Counted from the first letter of the stretch, positions 10,679 to 23,980 are shown. The stretch: 64,000 nucleotides of DNA from Dimorphilus gyrociliatus (GCA_904063045.1 CAJFCJ010000013.1:1470156-1534155); one strand, 5' to 3'. The notes: generated from the sequence alone by a model not told the origin. Translations and numbers: made by a program.

Positions 10679-11460
10679 AAACATGTCGAAGCAATTTTCA
10701 AGAAAATGCTAATTAAGATTCATACCTTTTGTCCAAAAAGGTATAATAATCTAAATCAACAATAAACAAGGGTAATTATTTTATCGCCCAAAGAAAGAAC
10801 AAAAGTTAATATTTCGTCATTAATAAATCCCAGTTTATATTGCCTATATAAATTCAAAAGTAAAAAGTTTAAAATAAATAAAAATCAGTTCCTTTGTGAA
10901 GATGCTTTCTCAATTAAAATTGTATAAGAAGTTTCAGATTTTATAAGATTAAATGCTACTTTACAGTTTAAAAGTAATTAATTGAATTAACTTATATTAA
11001 GACGCCAATGAATTTAGTGAATCGTTGTTGCTCTTAATTTATTGCAAATTTTTATTATACTGTAATGTGAGATAACCCAAGGAAAAGGTGGAATATTCCA
11101 TAATTTGGGCAAGAAAATCTAAATCTACTTAAAGGAACTTTGATTAAAAATGTATAAAGCATTAAATCTGAAATCAAATTAAAAAAATATCAGCAGATGT
11201 AAACATCGGCATATTTTTTGACCAGCTTCATTTATCACTGTTTTACTTTTTTCAGACTTTTACTTTTCAGCTGAACTTAATGGAACAGAAAGATTCGGGG
11301 TAGATGAGAATTTGAAATTAGTTAATGGTCAAGAAGCCATTCTATTTGATCACATAGATAAGTTCGGAAAATTGCTAAATCGATTGAAAATGGGAAAGAT
11401 TATCGATTTAAGAATTGTAGAGTCAAGTACTTAAAAGGAAGAAAATATTATAGTAATAAA
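10679..11460 (+). pseudogene. Decayed relic with OB-fold-like segments
   Basis: FLCEDAFSIKIV*EVSDFIRLNATLQFK (stop 10925-10927) and LFDHID/VRKIAKSIENGKDYRFKNCRVKYLKG (frameshift near 11360), flanked by splice-like sites. Confidence 0.3.
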
Positions 11461-11639
11461 TTAATAATTCATCAAATGATTATAATGGTTAAACACATAT
11501 TTCAATCGGATCAGCCAGTATTCTCAAAAACATGATGTTTATCAGTTATAATAATATATTCAAAGGATAAGTGAGAATTTGATTGTTTATGTTTATAGTG
11601 TACATTTATAATTTATAATATACACTGTGAATATATAAG

Positions 11640-12810
11640 CTATTGTTAAATCTAGAACTCAGGGAATGAAAATGACTTATTTTTGCAAATGAACCGTAAA
11701 ACTAGTTACATGGATTGTTAAAAGATTGTGTTTGAATTTGTATAAGATCACTATATTTACTACAAAGATAAAATAAGATCGTTAAGTCGATATTTATTGA
11801 TAAAAAATATCCCTCCAAACAGATTTTATGCAATGTAAGTGTTAAATAGGATTATTTAGCATGACTATTGTTACTAAAGAATGGTTAAAGGAATTAAATA
11901 TCTTAAGCATTAAATCATGTTTTATAATGCATTATTCTAAGTTGATCAAAATGTTTTAAAGATAATTCTCGTTCGTATTTTGTCTTAAGATTATTGAAAT
12001 TGTAAATTTTTAGCAGTTAAGAATTCTCTCGAAGAATTTGTTGTAAATAAAATACGATTTGCATGATAAATATAATTTACAGGTTTTTCAATATTCTATA
12101 GACTTGCAAAATTATCAATAATAAAGAAACTCTTTCAATAAATTCATTATTTATTGTTGACATCGACAAACTTGATAGTTGAAAGACTTTTTCTTCACTT
12201 TTTAATATCGTTCCATTAGTAGTTTGTAAGAAATGCCCTTATATCGTAAAACACAATATTTTTGAGACCAATAAAGAATACATCATCTCTTGTATATTTC
12301 ATCTTTAACATCTATCTCTTCAAGAGTTCAATAAATATGATTGTAATCTCTAATGAGGTAGTTAGTTCAGATAATCTTGAAATAGTATTGAATACAAAAG
12401 CAAAAATTACATGAAATATTTGTTTGACATGCATTTGAATGAGAGATAGTACTTCAAGGTCAAATACTTTTCTATATTATCATTATTCGTTGGTAAAGTG
12501 ATACCAGTTCATCTATACTGTTCTTTAGATGAATGACATTTGAGGACGACGTTTTATCTTTGAATGTATTTTTTGATATCAAACATGTAGATTAAAGTTA
12601 ACTTGTAGCATTTTTTCAACTTTAAAAAAAATACATATTAGATAAAAAAAAACTTAGTGTAATGATAGATCTTCTTAGGCAGGAATTGTTTATCGAAACA
12701 ATATGCTACCAACCATGTCGTCATTTCGACAAGGAGTGTTTTACAAGCGCAATAAACTTTATCTGACATAAGATTGGTCTTTGTTAATGCTAATAATGAT
12801 ATTATAATAT
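11640..12810 (-). pseudogene. Decayed leucine-rich-repeat ectodomain gene
   Basis: Hydrophobic leader remnant, then an LRRNT-like VYCACK...AYCFDK segment, then LRR-like fragments (LEVLSL, LEEIDV, SLVTIVMLNNPI*) broken by many stops. Confidence 0.4.
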
Positions 12811-12906
12811 TTCTTTATTTGTTCTCTAAAAATTTTTGGTTCAAATCTAGTTTTTGGTTATAACTAACTATACATTACTGTAATTGTGTCAGTTTTTGGT
12901 TATATA

Positions 12907-12944
12907 TGACGTCACTTCCTTCACTTACTTAACACGTGACCAAT
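12907..12944 (+). promoter_or_regulatory. BCKDK proximal promoter: CRE, ETS core, E-box, CCAAT
   Basis: TGACGTCA 12907-12914, ACTTCC 12914-12919, CACGTGAC 12933-12940, CCAAT 12940-12944. Confidence 0.55.
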
Positions 12945-13097
12945 ATCTCTCAGCTGATAATATTCAATTTATATTTAAGAAACCAAAGAAATGACTTGTA
13001 GTTATTGACTATGAGTATAGTCAACTTTGAATTGTCATTTAAGACCAGATGATTTAGAAAATCCGAAGCGAATAGCCAACAGAAGAGAAGATAAAAA

Positions 13098-14825
13098 ATG
13101 CTGTCAAAGGCATGGAAAAATCGGCCATTTATCGCCCGCCTACCTTTATTTCAAATTTTACGTCACCAGAGTGACGACCTACGATATAAACCAAGTATAG
13201 ATACACAGGAACGAGCTAAGAGTGTTACTTCGTTTTACAATCAGAGCAAGATAGATGCAATAGCATCCAAGGTTACCTTATATTATTTCAAAAATTGTTT
13301 ACGTGGTATTTAAGATTTTCTTGTTTTAGGACTCTGTTCGCCTTGTTCCTAGCGCAATGCTGTACACTTATAAAGTGTCAGATAACAGTGATATTTTGGT
13401 AAGTAATAATATAACTATTGAAATTAATGAACGAAAATTTTACTATTTTCACAACAGCGCAGTGTACAATATTTGCATAAAGAACTTCCAGTTAGAATAG
13501 CTCATCGAATTGCTGGATTTAGAAATCTACCATTTATTGTAGGATGCAATCCTAGCATTCTTAGTGTCGTAAGTAAATAATAAATAATAAAGAACAATAG
13601 AATAAAAAATAATTTCTTTTCAAAACAGCATGAATTGTATATTAGAGCTTTTCATCTTTTATCAGAATTTCCTCCGGTAATGAATAGATAAAGAGATATT
13701 AGCAAGATTTTGATTAAGCTGTTCAATTTCAGATAAAAGACGAAGCGGACGAAGCAGCCTATAGTAAACTTGTAAAGCAACTTTTGGACGATCATCGAGA
13801 TGTTGTAACTTCTCTGGCAGAGGGTTTTAAACAATGCTCTAGATTCTTACAGGATGAAGGAATGGTTAAAACCTTTCTGGATAAAACTTTGACGTCACGA
13901 TTGGGGATACGAATGCTGGCTGAGCATCATATTGGCCTATCGGAAAAGAAACCGAACTATATTGGGATTATTTGTGTTAACTTTACTCCAAAAACATTTA
14001 TTGAAAGAAAGGTGGAGGTTGCTAAAAGAATGTGTGAAGATAAATACGGCCATTCACCTGAAGTAAAAATTAATGGGCATCTTTCATGCTCATTTCCATA
14101 TATTCCTCAACCACTGGATTATGTCTTACATGAAATGCTGAAAAATGCAATGAGAGCGACAGTTGAGTCTCATTTGGATACTTTGGACAGAATGCCTCCT
14201 ATTACTGTTACTATAGCTAACAATGATATTGATTTTATTATTAGGTTAGTTAATTTTAAGATTCCCTGGTTATTTTTGGCATAGGTATATGACATTTTTA
14301 ACATGTAACGTGCTAATTTGCAGAATTTCCGATCGCGGAGGCGGAATTCGTCACGATCATTTGGAAAAGATTTGGGATTATGGTTTTACTACATCCGGAC
14401 AAACCGAGGATGATAGGGTGTCTCGAGGACTCTTTGGACAATTTATTGAATCGAGAGCCGCAGGAGCTATGCATGGATTCGGGTTTGGTTTACCAGCCTG
14501 TAAAGCTTATGTTGAATATCTAGCCGGAAGCCTGCAACTTCAAACTCTGCAGGTAATTAGATAGAATTATATATCTCTGAATCAAAATGGATTAACATCC
14601 GTCATATTAAGAACTTTGATTAATTATACTGTTACACTGAATATCTGATTTATTTATTGATTAGCTTCTACTTGCATATATGGCGTCGATATAATTTTAG
14701 GAATAATTTATGGAAGTATATAGATTTTTTATAATATAAGCATATTTCTTTTTCAGGGAATTGGAACTGATGTCTACCTTAGATTGCGCCACATCGACGG
14801 AAAACATGGAAGTTTTCGTATTTGA
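13098..14825 (+). CDS. BCKDK: Branched-chain alpha-ketoacid dehydrogenase kinase, 7 exons
   Basis: Mitochondrial-type leader; [47 protein letters not shown] motifs; C-terminus [15 protein letters not shown]...FRI*. All exons join in frame. Confidence 0.96.
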
Positions 14826-15878
14826 ATTGTTATCGCCCTTTCATTTTGTTATCATATTCAACATTAAATGTCATTCAACTATCCTAAGTTTGTTTTTGTG
14901 TTCAGGATAGATCATCAATAGCATAAACATTGTATGAAACGTTTCTGTCTTGGTGCTTCGCAACATACATTACTTAAATAGTTTTTGTCTGATATGAGTT
15001 AAGCCTATATCAAAATAAACTGGTAAAATACATTGAATATTTCTCGCTAGCGTGATGGTGAATATACTCTTTTTATTTATTTTTTCTCCTTATTGTACTA
15101 ATTAAATCATATTTACAGTCAGCATTATTCAATTTTCAAAGCTTAATTATTGTAATACTTCTCCTAATATGTACTTGTACGTATATAAGGGCGATTTCTA
15201 GTCGTTTACTTGATAAGAATAAAACAGGGTAACGTATACATAATTTCAAGACGCTTAATCTTGTTTACTTTGGTATTTTTTTTATTTTAACAACCGAAAC
15301 AGATTCTTAGGGATTTTCTGGAAATTTGCAAGAATCGGAGAACGACTGTCACCATACGTTTCTACATGTTGTATTGCGATGGCATTTTCAATTTTATTCT
15401 TAACATAAACATTAATATAAATATTCAAATTGGCATATTTCAGGAGTGTCACAAAAAACAAGTGACGTCTTGGTTGTAGCATGAAAAATATAGACAAAAC
15501 TGTTACTTTTTAAATCGTTACTTCACACAGTATAGTCTTCAATTAAGTGAAGATGCTAGGAAACATTTTCATGTATAAAAAAAGGAACAAACATGAAAAG
15601 CACCATTACCGTTCCCGTATTATCATTATTACAGTCTTTCTTTTATAGCAAAAATTAGCGGGTACAAAAAATTTAGGTAAAAAATTTTAAACGATACTAC
15701 TTTTGAAGAGAAGAATATACTGTATAAGTTAATATTGGCTTTTGTGGCAAAGAATTAGTTAATCCTATGTATACATTTATGCAAATATTTTCATAATTGT
15801 ATACACTTTATATGTCTGTGCCATTATTGACTATTTGAACAACTTTAATTAAAAAAATTGGAAGCAAAGCACCACTTT

Positions 15879-16890
15879 TCATCGTTTCGAAGTAAACTTA
15901 TGCTGATCAATACGTTCTAAGGCAACATGCATTGTGGTAACTAACTGTTGAGCCTTGCGAACTTCTTTTTCAGTTTGTGAACAGCGAGGACAATTACTTC
16001 CAAGTTCATTTAATCTTTTCACTAAGGAATTATATTTGCACCTTAATTCTTCTTGTTCATCGTGAGATCTCTGCAATTCTTTATGTAATTCATCCAATTG
16101 TTGTTGTCGTTCCCAGGAATTTCCTTTTAACGTATCGGCCATATTTTTCTTCATTTGTTCTACTTTGGCTTCTTTCTCCTTCAATAGACTCGTTAATCTT
16201 TCTAACTCCTCCTTCTTCTTGATCTCCGCTGATTCGAGCTGTTGGATTATATGCCTTTTATTATCGAAAATTATTGATCGATCAAATATTGGCGCTTTTT
16301 ATACTTACTGCAGATCGAAATCTTCCTATTTCTATATCATGTTCTTCTTTTGATCTTTCCATTTCTAACGTTTGCTCGGTGTAGGAGGATTTGGTGATGT
16401 TATGGCCATTCTTCTCTTCCTCTAAAAGTTTTTTATACATTAACAATTCATTCTCGAGATTTTTTATTGTATCATTAAGTTTTTCGGATTTCTTAGAGGC
16501 TTTATCAAGTTTCTCTTGTTTTTCTTCAACTAATGATCTAGATTTTTCCAATTCACTTTTTCTCTCGGAGCTTTGCTTCTTTAATAGTTCTACCTGCTTT
16601 TTTAAGTGTTCAATTTGAGAATTATTTCGGCTTGGTGATAAAGATTTCCGTCTAGACGTATTTAACAACGGTTGGTCAGTAAATCTTGCTTTGTTTGTTG
16701 ATCTTGGAGGGGGAACATTCAGCGCATTGCCCTGAACATTGATATCGTCGTCAGAATCTTCTTCGAGGGAAGGTGTAGAGTTTAACGGAGGTAGTTTTGT
16801 CGGTGAGCTTCTTATTTGAATATCCCCCAAAGATCTAGGCTTACGTCTCCTAACAGGTTTTAATAATGCTGTGTTATCTGCTTTTGACAT
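15879..16890 (-). CDS. Coiled-coil protein with disordered N-terminus, 2 exons
   Basis: MSKADNTALLK... ORF spliced (GCA|gtaagt...cag|CTC) to LESAEIKKKEELER...KFTSKR*. Heptad-rich; family not recognised. Confidence 0.8.
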
Positions 16891-17427
16891 TCTTTGTTGA
16901 TGATAGCTAAGGAGCAATAAAAACCTCGATTCGATCTTGACATTGATTTTAGCGCCACAATCAGATAGATGGCGTTATTGATTAATAGGCCTTGGTAATC
17001 CTATTTGTTAATTATACATATACGCTTATTAAATAAAGATATGATCGTAACCAACTGAGTTTATTCATACATATTTACATAAATATAATTAAAATAAAAT
17101 TATACTTTTAAGTACGATGAGAAAAAAAATTATATTCCCACAGCTTGAAATATTCAAAAAGAAACGGTTGCTAGACTAAACAAGTTGGTTCAACCAATTA
17201 AAAATGATCAACAAATCCTAAAAACTAGAAGAAATATTGTATTTCAACATTTCAAAATATTTAATAATTAACGATTAAAAAATCTTAATAGCTATTAAGT
17301 CTATTATTCTCGTAATAAATCTATATCTTATATTTATCTGAGGTTCTAATTGTGAAAACAAATAGGATATTATGTTACAGTTGTCGGTAATTTAATTAAC
17401 TTTTATGAATAATTATAGAAATAAAGG

Positions 17428-17478
<51 letters not shown>

Positions 17479-17666
17479 TAGGTAAATCTAGTATTGAATA
17501 TCTGATCTTTCTGTGTCAAGCACTTAAGTTTTACAATCTACAAATTTTATGATTCGTATTGTATATGTATTGTATACATTTTTAAGTATTTTTTTTACTA
17601 ATATAACATCATAAAGTTGAAATACCATGATCAAAAAATAAAATGGACGGTTTTTAAGAGGATATT

Positions 17667-20600
17667 TTAAAAGTAAGAAGGTTGTTGGGCGGCTAATTCT
17701 TGTTGTCTTCTTCTAACGAGACCTCTTCTTATAATTTCCATCATAGCGTGGCAAGCGCGATCCCTGTGGTCTGGTGTCATCGTTTCCAATTCACCAGGGG
17801 CCAGTTTCCTACCAAAGACTTGTATCTATTTAAAGAAATAGGATATCTTTTAAACTTATTAAACGAAAACTAAAAAAAAATGCTTGTTTAGTTAAAATAA
17901 AGTGATTTTAATAATTATAAAATCAATTTTGTGAGGAGATTAATTAGTTAATTCAATAAAAAAATCATATAAGAAAATGTGATAATTAGGTTATTAAATA
18001 AAAAAAAAACGTTATTCAATCTGTTCATTCTCATAAAAAAATTATAAATTAATTAAATTATATATATATATATATGGTGTAGGAGATTATACTGTTAGCA
18101 TTAAATATTAAACTGATACAACGAGTATGTTTACTTTTAGAGGGAAAAAAAAGAAAATAAATATAATCCTTTTCATCATTGTTCCTCTCTTGGCTCTGAA
18201 GGCTCTGAAGGCTATAGATTTAAAATTGTTTGAAAGAAAAAATATTATAATCATGTCAATATAGAATAAAAGTATTTACTTGTGCAATAAATAAGTTTTG
18301 TATATACAGTATTACACCAATAATACATTGAATCGTTTCAATAGTTTCAAAATATATTTACCTCAGCAGCCTGTGAATCTCTTTTATGTTGTTTAATGAT
18401 GGATACCGTATCCTCGTTCAACTTCTTCAATTCTTGACCAGTACTATGATTGACTAATTTTCAAAAGGATATAACGAATTAATTTTTGATAAAATACAGA
18501 TGGAAAGGGAATATCAACCTCTTGTAAATGATAGTACAACTTTGCAAAGTAAGTCTCTCATAACTTGTTGAGCTTGTTGTCTAGTTGGCTTATCAGGGGT
18601 TGGTGTATGAGTTGGTAAGTCTGCCTGAACACTCATACTCCTAGCTGCAGGAGGTGCGGGTGGAACCAGATAATTGCTGTATAGAGTAAAGTTTGCTGCA
18701 ATAAAATGTATTCATTAACTTTACGACTGTCAACTAACTTTACATCCTCTGGTGAGAGCTGTAAAAGAGAAAAAAAAGAGAATTAGGCAATAAAACTGGG
18801 TTAAAACTATATTTAGAAACATGGGTTAAAATTTTTTTTGATTTAAATAGGCCTAATAAGTGGTAAATGTTTACTTTACGTTGAAAAAAATTCTTATAAA
18901 AGCTGCTTGAGGCTTTAGAATAATACTTGGTTTATATATATAATAGAATAAAAACGAAATTTATAGGATTCACTCCATCTCTTATTTAGGAAATGAACTT
19001 GTTATGCTTCCTTGTAGTTTTAACTAAAATTTCTCGTTACCTTTTTCCTTGCAGCTTTAGAATTATCCAATTCATTTCTTAGCTTGTTTAATTCATCCTC
19101 TATATATCGTCTTCTTTTCTTTTCCTCTTCTAATTCATCTTCTAATTTTATTCTTGCTTCTTCTTCCCTCCGCCTATCCCTAGCTAATTCCCTATTAAAT
19201 CTTTCTTCTTCTTTTAATTTTTCCTCCTCAAGAATTCTACGTTTTCTTTCCTCTATTAATTCTTTTTCCTTAGCCTCTTTCTCGCGTTCCAGTTGGCGTG
19301 CATTTCTATTTGTTCGACGTTGAACTGGTCCAATTCTTGGTGGTACCGGATCATCGTGCCAGTGTTTCCAAGCAGGATATGGTGTATAAGTTGGATCTAG
19401 AACTGGCATTGCTGCTCTATCTTCTTGATTTAATATCTTTCTTAAATCTTCTATAAAGTATCTATTTATCTAAAAGTAATGTACAGCATATATATTAGAA
19501 TATATTTAAAAGAAAAATCGCAAAATACATTCCCAAAGTTGAAAAAGTCACAAATTAGCATAAATTTAAATAATCTTTACTAAATAAAACGTTTAATTAC
19601 CTCGTATTGAAATTGACTTGCAGTTAGCTTTTGTCCTTCTTCCTTTAATGACTTGTGCCATTCTTCTACCTGTTAATGGTAAAAAATAATCTAGATTAAA
19701 AAGATTGACATCTTAAGATTTCATGGAATAAACCGTTGATTTATTTTTTAATTGTTTTCTTAAGATGTGAAAGAAGACGGCTATGAGAGCGGGTACAATT
19801 TCTGACATCCATTCGGCAACATCCCTGCCAATTATAACTTGATCCCAACAAAATAGAAGGGTATCCATTCTTAGATAACCTTTTAAAAACACAAATGTTT
19901 TTGATGTTTTATTTAAAAGGTTTGACTTTAATTAGAAAAACTAACCAACAAATAAAGTACGTAATAAAGGATGAATCAATTCCATTAAAGCTTTTTTAAA
20001 CGCCTCTTCCTGTCCCTTGTCAGATTCTAAAATTTTCTCTGTAAAATTATGTTAAAGGTCAAACAACGGAACATGATATCGTTATTTAAAAGAAACTATT
20101 ACCTTTATTTTCATAACTTGTCATTACAATCGGTTCGACTAATTCGTTAGCTTCTTTTTTCAGATGTTTTCCTACCTTGACCGCTACCGCTGCCAGACCT
20201 TCTTGACTCTTCAAGCGTTTAAAATTCTATTGAATCGGCTTCGTCTATTCATTTATTACATAATCTTACCTGTTTCTGAGCTGCATGCATCATAAAATTT
20301 GGCCTCGATTCCATAAAAGTTAAATATTCTTCGACCAGTAAAGCGGCAACTGATGATGTTGCCGGTTCTCTTTTAGAAATATTTGGCAATGAAACTTGAA
20401 CGAAAGGTATGACAAGCATGAAATCAGCTGATGGTAGTTTTTTTTCAGTTTTCATCCTCGCATGATGATAGGAAAGAACAGCTTTCATAGCATAGAAGGC
20501 TCCTATTTAAAATATGTTTAATTGTAATACTTTTTCTAAAAATAGTTTTAAAATGCCACTAATTATACTACATTTGTGCCGTTTTAAAATGTCAGCAACA

Positions 20601-22269
20601 ACAAATTCAAGAGACAATTTGTGATACGAAGAAAACCAAGTGAGAAAGAAACAAAAAGAGTTTCAATAATCAAGTACCTCTTCTTTTAACTTATCCTGTG
20701 TAATATAGATACTGTGTATATATACAATATATACATATTGTATATAAATTAATCAAATAGTTTCCTCTACTTAGATATACGTTCACACACACATATATAC
20801 AATATGTATATAAGAAAATCATGACTTTTTAAATAGAATATTAGCAATATTAGAATAAAAGAGAAAGTTTATGAATTCATTAAAATCTCTCTCTCTTCAC
20901 TTACCTACATAGCCTTTTAATTCGTTAAAACTCGATTCGTGTATTAATAGTTGTTCGCACGTTCTTGATATCTCTAAATCTTGAGGAGAAATTGCGTAAC
21001 GTGGATTTGTTGATAGAATGTCAGTATACTCCTTACGAACTGTTTATTATTAATGGAATTTAGCAAAATAATGTATATTTTTTTAGTATAAAAAAGGAAA
21101 CTATTATGTATGTTCTTGCCGTAAAAAAACGTATTAAAAAGTTCCTTTACTCTTTTATTTCTATTGTTGAATAGGGGTGGAAAAAAATGGGAAAGGAACT
21201 CTCGCTGATTTTTAACATTTTTCTCATCTACCCCCCCTCTCTATTCCTTTCTCTAACCTAACCTCTTACTATTCTTCATCACCCTATTTGAAATAGTTTA
21301 TATTCATACGTGGTGTTTTTATGAAAAAATATTCAATTCAATCCTTTTGAATAGAATACCCGGATCGTTGCCTTTCCTTCTAGATTCATTGTTGTAGGAT
21401 AAAAGAACACACCCATTTAATAAATATAGAAAAAGGTAACAGCATACTCTTAGTATTCTCTAAGAAAAGCCTCCAGGCAACGAGTCGTAAATTGGACGGT
21501 AACTGATGGTTTAAATAAACATGCAACTTGTACTTCATATCCGGCCACTTTCTAAGGAGACTAATAGCGCCGTCTTGCGCCTGTGTTAAAATCAAATCAG
21601 ATTTAGTATCCAACGGAAAGTCCTCGAGCAACTGTCTGGAAACTTCTCGATTTAAACAAGCATCTATACAACCGGCGACGCTGTTATACATCTTCTTGAA
21701 CGAATCACCTGCGGTAAGATATCTAATGTACAGATAGATTTATAATATTTATTATAAATAATAAGAAGGTTATAAAGGTATAGGAGTAGTGCATTTTTTT
21801 TAAAGCGCGGGAGGGGGGAAGAGGGAGGGAAGCGGAAACTTTTATTTAAACTAAGAAAAATTATCGTACTATTTTCGAGAGCTTTGCATGCTCTGTCCAT
21901 AAAGAGAGATCGTTCGGTTTGTGTTAAGTCTGTAAAATTGTCCACCCGACTCTCCTTAACTTGCTGTTCGATTGCATCGTATAGCTCTTTCGTAAAGTTT
22001 AGCCATTCCTGAAAACGTTCGTCGATTACGTAACTAGTGAAAGTTAGAAAGTCAAAAAAGGGAAAGTCGGCTGTACGCAAGAGCTTGATTGATAGCCCAA
22101 GGCACTTTTAATTGTTATACACTTTCCCCAAGGCTTCTCATTTTCTATCGACGCAACTAGTAATCAACTCAGATGTTGTTATTAATGAGCTTACTGGTGT
22201 TTGGACAATAGTTTCTTTTCCATCTATAAGCCATTTCGGAAAGTTCAGCGGTCCCCCGCTCGTCGCCAT
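17667..22269 (-). CDS. Multi-exon protein with a divergent TBC/Rab-GAP-like domain and C-terminal coiled coil
   Basis: Exons join in frame from MATSGGPLNFPKW to ...QQPSYF*. Contains LPSNLRLVAWRLFL (TBC N-terminal-like), LFCWDQVI, and a charged coiled coil at 19020-19409. Includes a 43-nt intron (20227-20269). Confidence 0.75.
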
Positions 22270-22440
22270 GATTGTTTACGTTACTATACGACTCAGATAT
22301 TACTTTGGAGACAACACTAAATAGGAATTGGTATTGATATCAACAGACGCCATTTTCATTTTTAAAATAAGTCAGGGGTAGGTCTGCATTCTGGAATTTC
22401 TATTTAGATTCAAGGCAACCAATCAGCAGCCAGGAGAAAT

Positions 22441-22860
22441 AAAATGGCGTCCAAGACTACCAAATGTCGTTAAGAAGCCAGTATTTACCCTCTCTCATAC
22501 CCACGCCAGCGGCGAGTGAAGGTGGAGGTAATGTTTAAATATATATAGATTAATTTAGTACTATTTTAAAAACTTAATCGATTGCCCTTATAACTTTAAT
22601 TAATTCGCAATTCTTGACAAGGTATGAGAGCAAAAGTGACCTAACAAATTTTGAAAGTTGATTCGCTCTCGTATGATATTCACATGTTTAATCTTTATTC
22701 TAGCTATACCTATGAGGCTGTCAATGTTATCATTTGTAGTGCTTGAGCTATTTATCTTTATACGACGGAAGTTAAGATAAAAATATTTAAAGTTTTATTA
22801 TATACTTGTTTGTACTTTTTTCAGGTACGAATTTTTAAAAATTACCGATAAGCTTTATCG
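22441..22860 (+). ncRNA. Candidate spliced divergent transcript with no long ORF
   Basis: GC-richer segment ending GAG|GTAATG at 22527, then polypyrimidine-CAG acceptor and exon 22825-22860 with a GTTTGT donor. The joined reading frame closes after ~25 codons. Confidence 0.3.
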
Positions 22861-22977
22861 GTTTGTATACTTCTTTTCGTACGAATAACAGATTATGACT
22901 AGATGTATACTGACCACAAATGCTTATACCTTTTTCAAATTGAATAAACTAGCATGAGATATTGATAGAGAGCTACA

Positions 22978-23066
22978 CTGATTTTCTCCGTTACGAGTGA
23001 AAGTCTAGAACATGTTTTTATAAATATTCATGACTAGACTTTACACTCGTAAATGGCGAAATATCA
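22978..23066. repeat. Imperfect inverted repeat / hairpin (~33-bp stem, 14-nt loop)
   Basis: TTTCTCCG-TTACGAGTG-AAAGTCTAG-AA-CATG versus the reverse complement of CATG-A-CTAGACTTT-A-CACTCGTAA-ATGGCGAAA. Confidence 0.85.
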
Positions 23067-23937
23067 AAACGTTAGCAAACTGAAAATGTCAAATGGAGTC
23101 TTGATTTCGATCAGAAGAAAGTAAATATTTTTGGATAAAATAGACTGATTACTGTCAAAAGCTTTTAAATAATAAATGTAGTGATATACAAAAAATTTTT
23201 TATACTAATTACACTTGATTGAATTTTTTACGTCATTTTCTTTGAGGGGAAAAGAATTTTTTGTGTAAAAATAATAAAGGAAAAGAATGGCATTGGTTTT
23301 TTATATTAAATTTTTTTTTCTAGCTATTTTTAAAAACGTTTTCTCATTAATCGATTGTTTAGTTAAGGTGAGAAAGGAAGAGAAAAGAATTAGTAATGAT
23401 TTTTAGATATACAATATCTAACGATTTGATTACTGTGTTTATTCAGGATATTTTACCTTGATTTACTTGCTTAACCCCCCCCCCCCACCCTTTTTCCTAA
23501 AATCCTCCATTTTCTTCTGTGCCAAGTCTAATGTCATTTTTCAGGCATTAGCTCTTTTCTCTACTACGCCCTTCTGACTAGTACTAACAATTTTTTGAGT
23601 TTCTTAAGCACAATTCGAAGGGACTCACAATAGGCTTAAGAAATGTGATTAATAGAGTAGAAATTCGGCAAAAGACTATCTGATTCATCGATTCGTATTG
23701 TACGAAATTCCGTTTAAACATCTTGATACTAGTCATTCTAAACTGCTTAAAATTACTTTTGAATGATGGTTCTAATTGTAGGTTTTTGGTTTGGAAACTG
23801 TACCCTTAATCATATACCATAGCCTACATTCATTGTTACAAGGTTAAATCTGTCATGACTAACCTGTATTGTATATAATAAATCTGCTGTGTATGCTTTG
23901 TGATTCAAACTAGATTGGTGTAGCTTGATCTGTAAAG

Positions 23938-23941
<4 letters not shown>

Positions 23942-23979
<38 letters not shown>
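23942..23979. repeat. (AT)n microsatellite, representative of many in the window
   Basis: Direct reading. Other arrays: (AG)n ~101-128, 17447-17476, 28375-28400; (CT)n ~29218-29300; (CTAT)n ~55363-55404; (CTA)n ~60241-60262. Confidence 0.95.

Positions 23980-23980
<1 letters not shown>

Noticed and set aside
15282-15497. 71-aa minus-strand ORF between BCKDK and the coiled-coil gene
   Set aside because: No recognisable motif or linking splice sites; probably UTR or intergenic.
20678-20695. 18-nt micro-exon candidate (CAG|GATAAGTTAAAAGAAGAG|GTAC) in the TBC-like gene
   Set aside because: The surrounding intron is phase 1, so inclusion gives GGA TAA (stop). The flanking exons join without it; at most a poison exon.
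20728-20811. 19-bp inverted repeat TATATACATATTGTATATA
   Set aside because: Low-complexity AT sequence, expected by chance among (AT)n-derived tracts.
22300-22359. 19-codon uORF upstream of the TBC-like gene
   Set aside because: Its ATG lies within a YY1-like AAAATGGCG promoter motif and may be upstream of the TSS; no independent support.
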